DNA from: an uncultured Candidatus Saccharibacteria bacterium
GTDB lineage: Bacteria > Patescibacteriota > Saccharimonadia > Saccharimonadales > CAYZZS01
Assembly (NCBI GenBank): GCA_964483035.1
Contig: CAYZZS010000001.1
Coordinates: 6,979-70,978, forward strand
Direction of reading: 5' to 3'
DNA length: 64,000 nucleotides
The stretch's first letter is position 1. Each line of letters opens with the position of its first letter. A model generated the notes under the pieces. It saw only the letters and a list, made by a program, of their open reading frames with translations. It was not told the DNA's origin and made no database searches. Positions 36,525 to 43,907 of this stretch are shown one piece after another. Made by a program: the position numbers and the translations under genes.

Positions 36525-37565
36525 CTATAGGATTGTTCCAGCGGCTCGGGTGAGCGTGTAGCCGAGAATCACAACGCCGATAACGATACTGTCAAGTACC
36601 GGGTGATGCAGGATATACTTCTCTCCGTTTACGATCAATTTACGAAGAGCTACGCCATGACGGATGAGGAATAGTAGTATGCTGGCCGTGCTAATTACGC
36701 CGATAATGAACACACTCCACGGTGCCTTGCCTTTAGTCATGGCCTGCACTCTAGTGATGTGATGCGGTGATTCAGGCATGGGTGCTTCTTCGGTTCCCGC
36801 TCCGGTATTCGCTTCCTGTTCGCTTGGTGGCTCAGGCTGTAGCGTAGCAAGCTCCGCTGTATCGGCCGGTGTGTCGCTCGGTGGTGCGGGTGATTGACTT
36901 ATGGTGGGGGCAGTAGCCTTAGGTGTCGTCGGTGGCTGCGGGGGTGTCTGGGCGATTGCCTGAGCCGGCGCTGCATATAGTGCAACGACAATAGTTTGCT
37001 GGCCGTAATTCTGGTAGTTTTCAGAATTTGCAAAGCCAAAGCCTACATGAACGTAACCGCTGTCAAGCATATTATCTCGGTGGGACGGACTGTTCATCCA
37101 CCCGGAGACGGTGCTGGCGCTATTGAGGAATCCATATGCCAAGTTTTCGCCTGCGACAGTATAGGAGTATCCGGTGCTATCGATAAAGATCCAGGGCGGT
37201 GAGCCGTCCGGTGTGTAGTGGGACCAGTAGTTCCGATTGGCCATGTCTTCGGCCTTGGCTTGAGCAGCTCTAGAGAGTTGACTGTTGAGCTCAAGGCTGT
37301 GTTTGCCATGGGCACTGCGTTGATTGTTGGTTTCTTGCAGTAGGCCCTGCTGGCTGATGTTCGTCGCGTATGCTAGTACGTTATCCTTTTGACTGCGTAT
37401 TTGCGCAGCAGGATGCCACATGCTGCTGATCGCCAAAGAAATCAATGCACTTATGACCAGTGGCAAGTATGGCCAATAGGTGTCGATAAACCTTTTTGTC
37501 TTTTTTTGGTGGTGGCCGTGTCGTTTTTTGTGTGCGACTTTGACACGGCCTTTTTTCTTAGCCAT
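36525..37565 (-). CDS. CAP/SCP (YkwD-like) domain protein with basic N-terminal tail, TM anchor, Pro/Thr-rich linker and C-terminal TM helices
   Basis: CAP core (NNQRSAHG, NYWSHYTPDG, AGENLAYGF, GWMNSPSHRDNML, HVGFG). Low-complexity PPQPPTTPKATAPT linker. Confidence 0.75.
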   Translation of the reverse strand: MAKKKGRVKVAHKKRHGHHQKKTKRFIDTYWPYLPLVISALISLAISSMWHPAAQIRSQKDNVLAYATNISQQGLLQETNNQRSAHGKHSLELNSQLSRAAQAKAEDMANRNYWSHYTPDGSPPWIFIDSTGYSYTVAGENLAYGFLNSASTVSGWMNSPSHRDNMLDSGYVHVGFGFANSENYQNYGQQTIVVALYAAPAQAIAQTPPQPPTTPKATAPTISQSPAPPSDTPADTAELATLQPEPPSEQEANTGAGTEEAPMPESPHHITRVQAMTKGKAPWSVFIIGVISTASILLFLIRHGVALRKLIVNGEKYILHHPVLDSIVIGVVILGYTLTRAAGTIL

Positions 37566-37571
37566 ATTTGT

Positions 37572-37577
37572 ATTGTA
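37572..37577 (-). promoter_or_regulatory. -10-like hexamer TACAAT 6 nt upstream of ATG (leaderless type)
   Basis: Minus strand reads TACAAT-acaaat-ATG, no SD. Confidence 0.4.
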
Positions 37578-37609
37578 TCGTGTTTATTCTCAAAGTGTAT
37601 GGTTAATTG

Positions 37610-38293
37610 CTATTTGCTTTCCGGTGCCCGGCTGCCAGCGAAGTAGTAGATTGCGCCGATGGCTGCAATTCCCAGTACCCACCAATACCATGCCAGACCA
37701 TTATTCTCACTGCTATTTTCTGATATGTCCTCGCTCTCGGCGTTTTCTGACTGCTCATTCAGCTCTACGACTGACTCATCGCCTTCCTGGCCGGTTGCTT
37801 CATTACCGATTTCGGCATTAACTGGCGTTATAGATGCTGCGGCATCAAAGTTTGCCTGGTCGGCATACCGCTGCCATGCGGCTATTTGATCATCGGACAG
37901 GGATTTGCTGTCGTCTATGCATGATTGCAGCTGGCTGAATGGTATAGTTACTTCCTCACCAACTTCTAGTAGCCGTCCGCCCATCTCGTTTACAATACGG
38001 GTTTCGCAGTAGATCGCGGCTGCGCTGCTAAGCTCAGTATCACGTGAATCGCTGTAAAGTTGCAGTGATCGCCGGACCATTAGGCTTAGGCTTCCGCCGC
38101 GCGGCGTTGTGAAGCGATAGCCTTCCCTTGTATCAACCTCAGATGTTTCTCCGTTCTCCTGCTGCTCTGCTTGTGTCGTTTGCGCTTCAATCTCTTCGTC
38201 TTGTGCGTGTGCGATTTGCCCGTAGATAGTGATAGCCAAGATGGCTAACAGAACTGCCACGAATGTCATTAAGCGGTTGGTAAGTGTTTTCAC
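37610..38293 (-). CDS. Acidic exported protein with N-terminal signal/TM, weak LysM-like segment and C-terminal TM anchor
   Basis: GTG start 8 nt after AAGGAGG. YRFTTPRGGSLSLMV...LEVGEEVTIP resembles the LysM pattern. Glu/Asp-rich flanks and a WYWWVLGIAAIGAIYYF tail. Confidence 0.5.
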   Translation of the reverse strand: MKTLTNRLMTFVAVLLAILAITIYGQIAHAQDEEIEAQTTQAEQQENGETSEVDTREGYRFTTPRGGSLSLMVRRSLQLYSDSRDTELSSAAAIYCETRIVNEMGGRLLEVGEEVTIPFSQLQSCIDDSKSLSDDQIAAWQRYADQANFDAAASITPVNAEIGNEATGQEGDESVVELNEQSENAESEDISENSSENNGLAWYWWVLGIAAIGAIYYFAGSRAPESK

Positions 38294-38486
38294 GGTGGAC
38301 CCCTCCTTATAATTGATACCACCCCCAGTTAGTCATACTTTAGCCGTTTTGGGCTAAAAAAAGCAATAAGCGGGTTGCAAAAATATGTAGTAATAATATC
38401 CACATAGGCATTCGCTCAACTATTTACTAGGGGAGTTGACTGCAGTGTGTTTAACGGGCGTGGGGTGGTGAGCTAAGCAGGGGTTG

Positions 38487-38984
38487 CTATTCTGTATACC
38501 TGCAGTGATACAGCGCCATGGCTGCAGCCTGCACGACGTTAAACGATTCTTTGTGGCCAAGCATCGGTATTTCAATAGCAGCGTCCGTTAATTTTAGGAC
38601 CTCCGACTCCAGCCCCTCAACTTCCCGGCCAAGGATAAGAACGGTTTTATCTGGTGGCACGAACTCGGGAAGCGGCACTGATTCTGCGGACTGTTCGAGC
38701 GCTATGATTGTATGACCCTCCTGTCGTAGTTTTGCTATAAGCTTCGTAATTTCTGGTTGATGCTCCCACGGAACAAGCTCTTCAGCTCCGAGTGCAGTTT
38801 TCTTTATGCGATCATGAATCTTGCATGCAAGATGAGGCAGGCGCGGGTCGGTTCGACTGATCGGGTAAGGTGTGTAGCCGGTCAGGTAGACCTTGTCTGC
38901 TCCCAGCCCTTCTGCTGTCCGCAGTATCGAGCCGACATTATGGCAGCTGCGCATATTGTGTGCTATGACGATAATTTTCCTCAT
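38487..38984 (-). CDS. SpoU/TrmH-family RNA 2'-O-methyltransferase
   Basis: HNVGSILRTAEGLGAD, LILGREVEGL and SFNVVQAAAMAL (SPOUT motifs 1-3). Confidence 0.85.
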   Translation of the reverse strand: MRKIIVIAHNMRSCHNVGSILRTAEGLGADKVYLTGYTPYPISRTDPRLPHLACKIHDRIKKTALGAEELVPWEHQPEITKLIAKLRQEGHTIIALEQSAESVPLPEFVPPDKTVLILGREVEGLESEVLKLTDAAIEIPMLGHKESFNVVQAAAMALYHCRYTE

Positions 38985-38990
38985 GCCTAC

Positions 38991-38996
38991 ACTATA
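38991..38996 (-). promoter_or_regulatory. -10-like hexamer TATAGT 6 nt upstream of ATG (leaderless type)
   Basis: Minus strand reads TATAGT-gtaggc-ATG. Confidence 0.4.
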
Positions 38997-39032
38997 GAGG
39001 CTTTCGGGGTAGCGTGAAATCGCTTGTGGTTC

Positions 39033-39038
39033 TATACT
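39033..39038 (+). promoter_or_regulatory. -10-like hexamer TATACT 7 nt upstream of the pilB-like ATG (leaderless type)
   Basis: TATACT-ctttact-ATG, no SD. Confidence 0.4.
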
Positions 39039-39045
39039 CTTTACT

Positions 39046-40647
39046 ATGAGTCAAGACGCCCGTAAGGACGAAGAGCAGGCGACAATGCGGCGTGCCCGGA
39101 TACTCGGCATGCAGTATATTGACACCTCCTTGATTGCAAATAAGCAGCTGTATAAAGACATCATGCCGCTTCAGGATATGTATAATCTGCGGATCATACC
39201 GCTGCAGGCGGATGAACACAATATAACCTTTGGTGTCACAACTTCTACGTCACAACAGACAATGAATGACATGCGGCACCGCTACCAGGATCAGCGTATC
39301 GTATATCTGCTGATTTCAGATGCGGGCTATCGGGAGTATATGCGACTATATGACCCGCCCAAGACGGTAACTTATCAGAATATTAGTATTGCTGAATCAG
39401 TGGACGAAGAGCGCCTCAAGAAGGTATCTGACATTATTGACCAAGTAAAGGCAGACGATGTCGTCGCCTATCTAGTGCAGCAGGCATATCAGCTGAAGGG
39501 TTCAGACATCCACTTGGAGTGTCAGAAAGAAGGCGTCAGGGTTCGGTTCCGCGTTGATGGTGTGCTGCATCCGATAGCGGTGATCAGTCATGAGAAATAC
39601 CGACAGGTATTGTCATCAATTGCTATTGCCGCGAATATTTCAACTGGTGCCCCTGATGCACAGACGGGACACATAAATCAAGACTACGCCATGGCGACCG
39701 GTGAGCGGGTAACAGTCAATTTGCGCGTCGAATCTGTCCCGACGGTGTTTGGCCAAGATATTGTGATGCGTATTTTTAACTTCAAGCTTGAGCTGTTGAA
39801 GTTGGATAACTTGGGGCTTAGTGAAAGAGAGCGTAGTGTTGTTGACGACATTATCCGCCACCCGACAGGGATGGTGCTGGTGGTGGGGCCGACTGGCTCC
39901 GGTAAGACCACGACGCTATATTCACTTATTAACACCCTCAATACTGAGGAGCGGAAAATTATCACGCTCGAAGATCCGGTCGAGTATTTTATGAAGGGGG
40001 TGGTACAGATTCCGGTCCGCGGTGACGATAATGAGAAAGGCTTTGCCGAGAAGTTGCGAGCGGTGTTGCGTCTCGATCCGGATGTCGTCATGATCGGGGA
40101 AATTCGTGATCAGGATACGGCACGGACCTCCCTGCAGGCGGCTTTGACTGGACATTTAGTACTCAGTACTTTTCATGCCTCATCAGCAGCAGCTGCCCTG
40201 ACCCGGATGCTGGATGCAATCGGAATAAATCCGCTTTTTGCATCCGCTATTCACTTAGTGATGGCGCAGCGTTTGATTAGGCGGCTTGATGATGCCACAA
40301 AGCAGTCGTACCAGCCCGATGAAGGACTAAAGCGGCAACTCCAGACGGTTATAGATTCACTGCCGCCACATGTTGAACGGCCGAATCTGGATACCGTGAC
40401 GCTTTATAGGCCGGGGACTTCTGCAGAAAGTCCTTTCGGCTTTACTGGGCAAATGGCGCTCCGTGAGCAGTTGCAGATGACGCCAGGTGTACAGCAGATT
40501 CTGCGATTACCGCCACAGCAGGTAACAACAGAGATGCTAGAGAAAAAGGCGGTTGAAGAAGGGATGCTCACCATGCTGCAGGATGGTGTGCTCAAGGCGA
40601 TTCAAGGGTTAACAACAATCGAAGAAGTGTACCGAGTCGTAGGTTGA
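39046..40647 (+). CDS. pilB: GspE/PilB-family type II/IV secretion (type IV pilus assembly) ATPase
   Basis: N-terminal T2SSE_N-like domain, Walker A GPTGSGKTTT, Asp box, Walker B VMIGEIRD, His box LVLSTFHA. Confidence 0.88.
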   Translation: MSQDARKDEEQATMRRARILGMQYIDTSLIANKQLYKDIMPLQDMYNLRIIPLQADEHNITFGVTTSTSQQTMNDMRHRYQDQRIVYLLISDAGYREYMRLYDPPKTVTYQNISIAESVDEERLKKVSDIIDQVKADDVVAYLVQQAYQLKGSDIHLECQKEGVRVRFRVDGVLHPIAVISHEKYRQVLSSIAIAANISTGAPDAQTGHINQDYAMATGERVTVNLRVESVPTVFGQDIVMRIFNFKLELLKLDNLGLSERERSVVDDIIRHPTGMVLVVGPTGSGKTTTLYSLINTLNTEERKIITLEDPVEYFMKGVVQIPVRGDDNEKGFAEKLRAVLRLDPDVVMIGEIRDQDTARTSLQAALTGHLVLSTFHASSAAAALTRMLDAIGINPLFASAIHLVMAQRLIRRLDDATKQSYQPDEGLKRQLQTVIDSLPPHVERPNLDTVTLYRPGTSAESPFGFTGQMALREQLQMTPGVQQILRLPPQQVTTEMLEKKAVEEGMLTMLQDGVLKAIQGLTTIEEVYRVVG

Positions 40648-40676
40648 TTGCAAAATTTTACAATATATGATATAGT
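40648..40676 (+). promoter_or_regulatory. Near-consensus promoter TTGCAA-N17-TATAGT in the 32-bp gap after pilB
   Basis: -35 at 40648-53 and -10 at 40671-76. The ATG at 40680 is only 3 nt downstream, so usage is uncertain. Confidence 0.35.
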
Positions 40677-40679
40677 AAT

Positions 40680-41036
40680 ATGAGTGAGCACGGTAGGGTC
40701 TGTAGATGTCAAAGCTGCAATATCGATCATAATATACCGTACCGTGCAATGACTGTATTTGAGTACCGCAGCCCGTTATTCGAGCGCTGGGTCGAGGCTG
40801 TGTGTCCGTCAGTGGATTGCGGTAAGCCAATTGTCATTGACAAGGACTTGAAAGAGGAGCATATGCAGACATATGTATCGCTGGGTTCGATGGTGATAGG
40901 TTTATATCCTCAGAGGAGGCCAGAGTTCGATGGTCAATCACGACATCTCGGCTCATTGCTGGAGCAAATGATGACCGCATCAAGTGAGGTATTTGATCGC
41001 TATGTACAGGCCGAGTTGCCACCGGAGGTGGACTAA
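40680..41036 (+). CDS. Hypothetical Cys-rich (zinc-ribbon-like) protein
   Basis: CxCxxC near the N-terminus plus CPSVDC about 30 aa later. 118 aa. Its 3' end overlaps the convergent malic enzyme gene by 4 nt. Confidence 0.5.
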   Translation: MSEHGRVCRCQSCNIDHNIPYRAMTVFEYRSPLFERWVEAVCPSVDCGKPIVIDKDLKEEHMQTYVSLGSMVIGLYPQRRPEFDGQSRHLGSLLEQMMTASSEVFDRYVQAELPPEVD

Positions 41037-42166
41037 GTAATGACCTTGCTGATGGTGGATACTAGACGGTCGTCAAGTACGCTTGGAATTATCATTTGTG
41101 GCGAAGGTGACTCAACGAGCTTGGCTATGGCTTCAGCTGCTGCAATCTTGTGATTGTCGGTTATCTGACTGACTTTATTGTCTAGAGCGCCCCGGAAGAT
41201 GCCGGGGAAGGCGAGGGCATTATTCACTTGGTTCGGAAAATCACTTCGCCCGGTTGCAATGATGGCCGCTCCTGCCTCCTTGGCGTCTTCAGGCATAATT
41301 TCTGGCGTAGGGTTAGCCATGGCAAAGATGATTGGATCTTTGCTCATGGACTGAACCATAGCCTTGGTCAGCAGGCCGCCCTTAGAAACTCCGATAAATA
41401 TGTCGGCATTACGCAAGGCGTCTTCTATGCTTCCTGGGCTTACTGTGTCGCCACCAAAGCTAAGTAGCAACTGCTTTTCTTCGTTCAGGTCAGTCCTGTC
41501 TGAGCTGATGATGCCCTTGCTGTCAACGGCGATAATTGATGGCTTGGCATAGGTATGAATGAGCTTGGTAATGGCAACCCCAGCTGCGCCAGCGCCGACC
41601 ACGACGATCTTGCAATCTTTGAGTGATTTGCCAGTGACTCGCGCGGCGTTAATCAGTCCGGCTAGCACCACAACGGCGGTTCCATGCTGGTCGTCATGAA
41701 AAACAGGAATATCTAGCTCTGCCTTCAGTCGTTCTTCGATCTCAAAGCATTTCGGTGCAGCAATATCTTCCAGGTTGATACCCCCGAATGATGGCGCAAT
41801 GGCTTTGACGGCGGCAATAATTTCTTCGGTATCGTGTACATCCAGGATGATTGGTACGGCATCTATGTCGGCAAAGTGTTTAAAGAGCATGGCCTTACCT
41901 TCCATGACCGGAAGTGCACCATATGGACCGATGTCTCCGAGGCCAAGCACGGCCGAGCCGTCGCTGATGACTGCCACGTTATTATTAAGCCAAGTATAAT
42001 CCCGCACCTCCTGCGGGTGTTCAGCGACATGCGAGGAGACCGCAGCCACGCCGGGCGTGTAGTAGGTGCTTAACTTTTCTTTACTGTCCAAGTCATCTTT
42101 GAGTGACAAGGATAACTTGCCTTTAAGCTGCTTGTGTTGCTGCATTGCCAATTCTTTGTAGTCCAT
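41033..42166 (-). CDS. NAD(P)-dependent malic enzyme
   Basis: YTPGVA, VISDGSAVLGLGDIG and VVGAGAAGVA (Rossmann) motifs. Short (377 aa) MaeB-type without a PTA domain. Confidence 0.88.
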   Translation of the reverse strand: MDYKELAMQQHKQLKGKLSLSLKDDLDSKEKLSTYYTPGVAAVSSHVAEHPQEVRDYTWLNNNVAVISDGSAVLGLGDIGPYGALPVMEGKAMLFKHFADIDAVPIILDVHDTEEIIAAVKAIAPSFGGINLEDIAAPKCFEIEERLKAELDIPVFHDDQHGTAVVVLAGLINAARVTGKSLKDCKIVVVGAGAAGVAITKLIHTYAKPSIIAVDSKGIISSDRTDLNEEKQLLLSFGGDTVSPGSIEDALRNADIFIGVSKGGLLTKAMVQSMSKDPIIFAMANPTPEIMPEDAKEAGAAIIATGRSDFPNQVNNALAFPGIFRGALDNKVSQITDNHKIAAAEAIAKLVESPSPQMIIPSVLDDRLVSTISKVIT

Positions 42167-42172
42167 ACCGTC

Positions 42173-42178
42173 ATTCTA
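42173..42178 (-). promoter_or_regulatory. -10-like hexamer TAGAAT 6 nt upstream of ATG (leaderless type)
   Basis: Minus strand reads TAGAAT-gacggt-ATG. Confidence 0.4.
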
Positions 42179-42260
42179 GCAACATTGCAATCCGATTACG
42201 ACGAAAGTTTTCTGATCGAGGAGTTCAGTACGGTGTCTGCTCAGTGTAGCGCGAAGCATC

Positions 42261-42289
42261 TTGCAAATTTATGAGTTTTAGGGTAAACT
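42261..42289 (+). promoter_or_regulatory. Candidate rplS promoter TTGCAA-N17-TAAACT
   Basis: Spacing and -35 are good. It predicts a ~150-nt structured 5' UTR. Confidence 0.35.
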
Positions 42290-42446
42290 CTATCGAGTTA
42301 TGCACTTCGTGAGAGCTTTTTGCGGTTTCGTAATTAAGCAATAAGCATGGAGCACAACTCTTTTAGGTTTGCCATACGAGTGCGGGCAAAATAAATTTAT
42401 TAGTAATGCTTATGGCGCAAGCCAGGCAAAAGGTCTACCACAGGAT

Positions 42447-42923
42447 ATGCAATCTGTAATCCAGAAAATCGAGCAAAAGTACAAAAAGCACGCCGTCGTG
42501 GATGTGAAGAGCGGCGATACTGTTCGCGTGCATCAGAAAATTCGCGAAGGCAATAAGGAGCGGGTGCAGATTTTTGAAGGGCTTGTCATCCGAACGGATC
42601 GCAAAGGCAGTCATACGTCTTCTATCACCATCCGCCGTGTTGCCAGTGGTGTCGGCGTAGAGAAAACCTATTTGCTGCACTCACCTTTAGTAACTAAGGT
42701 TGAGGTCGTCAAGCGCAGCAAGGTTCGACGCAACTACTTGAGCTACATGAGAGGCCTTACTGGTAAATCGGCTCGTCTGACCGGTGTCAGCTTTGACCGA
42801 GAAGCAGTGAATGACGTGCCTGACAAGCCGCAGGCTGAACCGGAAGCTGCTGAGCAGCCAGAAGTAGCGACAGCTGAAGAGACTGCCGATAAAGTACAGC
42901 CGGAAGCTAAAGAGCAGAAGTAG
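42447..42923 (+). CDS. rplS: 50S ribosomal protein L19 with acidic C-terminal extension
   Basis: VRVHQKIREGNKERVQIFEGLVI, ITIRRV..GVGVEKTY. The ATG at 42447 is chosen because the ORF-track TTG at 42369 adds a non-homologous N-terminus. The last ~40 aa are E/A/P/K-rich. Confidence 0.88.
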   Translation: MQSVIQKIEQKYKKHAVVDVKSGDTVRVHQKIREGNKERVQIFEGLVIRTDRKGSHTSSITIRRVASGVGVEKTYLLHSPLVTKVEVVKRSKVRRNYLSYMRGLTGKSARLTGVSFDREAVNDVPDKPQAEPEAAEQPEVATAEETADKVQPEAKEQK

Positions 42924-42943
42924 GAATAGTTCGATAAGTCATT

Positions 42944-42970
42944 AAACGCTGCAGTCATGCAGCGTTTTTT
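42944..42970 (+). terminator. Intrinsic terminator after rplS
   Basis: AAACGCTGCA-gtca-TGCAGCGTTT followed by TTT. Confidence 0.8.
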
Positions 42971-42992
42971 ACTTTTATCAAAGCCCATTAGC

Positions 42993-42998
42993 TATACT
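42993..42998 (+). promoter_or_regulatory. -10-like hexamer TATACT 7 nt upstream of the rnhB ATG (leaderless type)
   Basis: TATACT-ttcatat-ATG, no SD. Confidence 0.4.
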
Positions 42999-43005
42999 TT
43001 CATAT

Positions 43006-43560
43006 ATGATTGGTATAGACGAAGTCGGGCGAGGCTGTTGGGCAGGGCCATTGCTGGTTGTCGCAGCGCGAGGGAAGACTGATCTACCTCGTGGTTTGAC
43101 TGACTCAAAGATAATGAGCAAAAAGCAGCGCGAGCAGATGTTTCCGCTGATTGCCGCGACGTGCCAGATAGGCGAAGGCTGGGTTTCGGCACAAGAAATT
43201 GATGAGCATGGGTTGGGTGGTGCCATGCGGCTTGGGGTGGATCGGGCGCTTAGGGCACTGGAAGTGCTGTCGCATGAGCCGATTATCATGGATGGGCCAA
43301 TTAATTACTGCAGCCCGCGATATGGACAGGTAACGTGCGTTATTGGCGGTGATGCGCTTCACCCTATTGTCAGTGCGGCAAGTATTTACGCTAAGGTAAG
43401 TCGTGATCGGTATATGGCGGATGCCGCGTTGCAGTATCCCGGGTACGGCTTCGAGCGGCATGCAGGTTACGGCACGGCATTTCATCGGGAGCAGCTCATT
43501 AAGTACGGCGCTTGCGGAATACACCGGAAATCGTTCAGGCCAGTTAGAGAGGCGAATTAA
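43006..43560 (+). CDS. rnhB: Ribonuclease HII
   Basis: IGIDEVGRGCWAGPL, DSK and the HR..GYG pattern of RNase HII. Confidence 0.88.
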   Translation: MIGIDEVGRGCWAGPLLVVAARGKTDLPRGLTDSKIMSKKQREQMFPLIAATCQIGEGWVSAQEIDEHGLGGAMRLGVDRALRALEVLSHEPIIMDGPINYCSPRYGQVTCVIGGDALHPIVSAASIYAKVSRDRYMADAALQYPGYGFERHAGYGTAFHREQLIKYGACGIHRKSFRPVREAN

Positions 43561-43565
43561 AGCGC

Positions 43566-43907
43566 ATGAGTTCGGGGAGTCAAGCGGAGCAAGTCGCGGC
43601 TGACTATCTCGAACTTCAGGGCTATGAAGTGCTGAAGCGGAACTGGCGGACTAGGCATTGTGAAATCGATATCGTAACGAAAAAGCATAAAGTCATATAT
43701 TTCTTCGAAGTGAAATACCGGCGCAACGTGGCACAGGGTAGTGGCCTGGATTATATTACGCCGCGCAAGTTAAAGCAGATGCGGTTTGCTGCTGAAATGT
43801 GGGTCCATGACTATGGCTGGCACGGCGACTATCATGTCGGCGCTATTGAGGTCGGCGGAGCAGAGTTTGCAGTTACGGGTTTTATTGAAAGTATTACTTG
43901 GCCGTAA
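43566..43907 (+). CDS. YraN family (UPF0102) endonuclease-like protein
   Basis: AEQVAADYLELQGYEVLKRNWRTRHCEIDIV...FFEVKYR is the canonical YraN pattern. Confidence 0.8.
   Translation: MSSGSQAEQVAADYLELQGYEVLKRNWRTRHCEIDIVTKKHKVIYFFEVKYRRNVAQGSGLDYITPRKLKQMRFAAEMWVHDYGWHGDYHVGAIEVGGAEFAVTGFIESITWP

Noticed and set aside
38339-38362. Hairpin TTTAGCC-gttttg-GGCTAAA followed by an A-run, considered as a terminator for the trmH-like gene or a bidirectional terminator.
   Set aside because: On the minus strand the U-run precedes rather than follows the stem. On the plus strand the stem is followed by A residues. Neither orientation satisfies intrinsic-terminator geometry.
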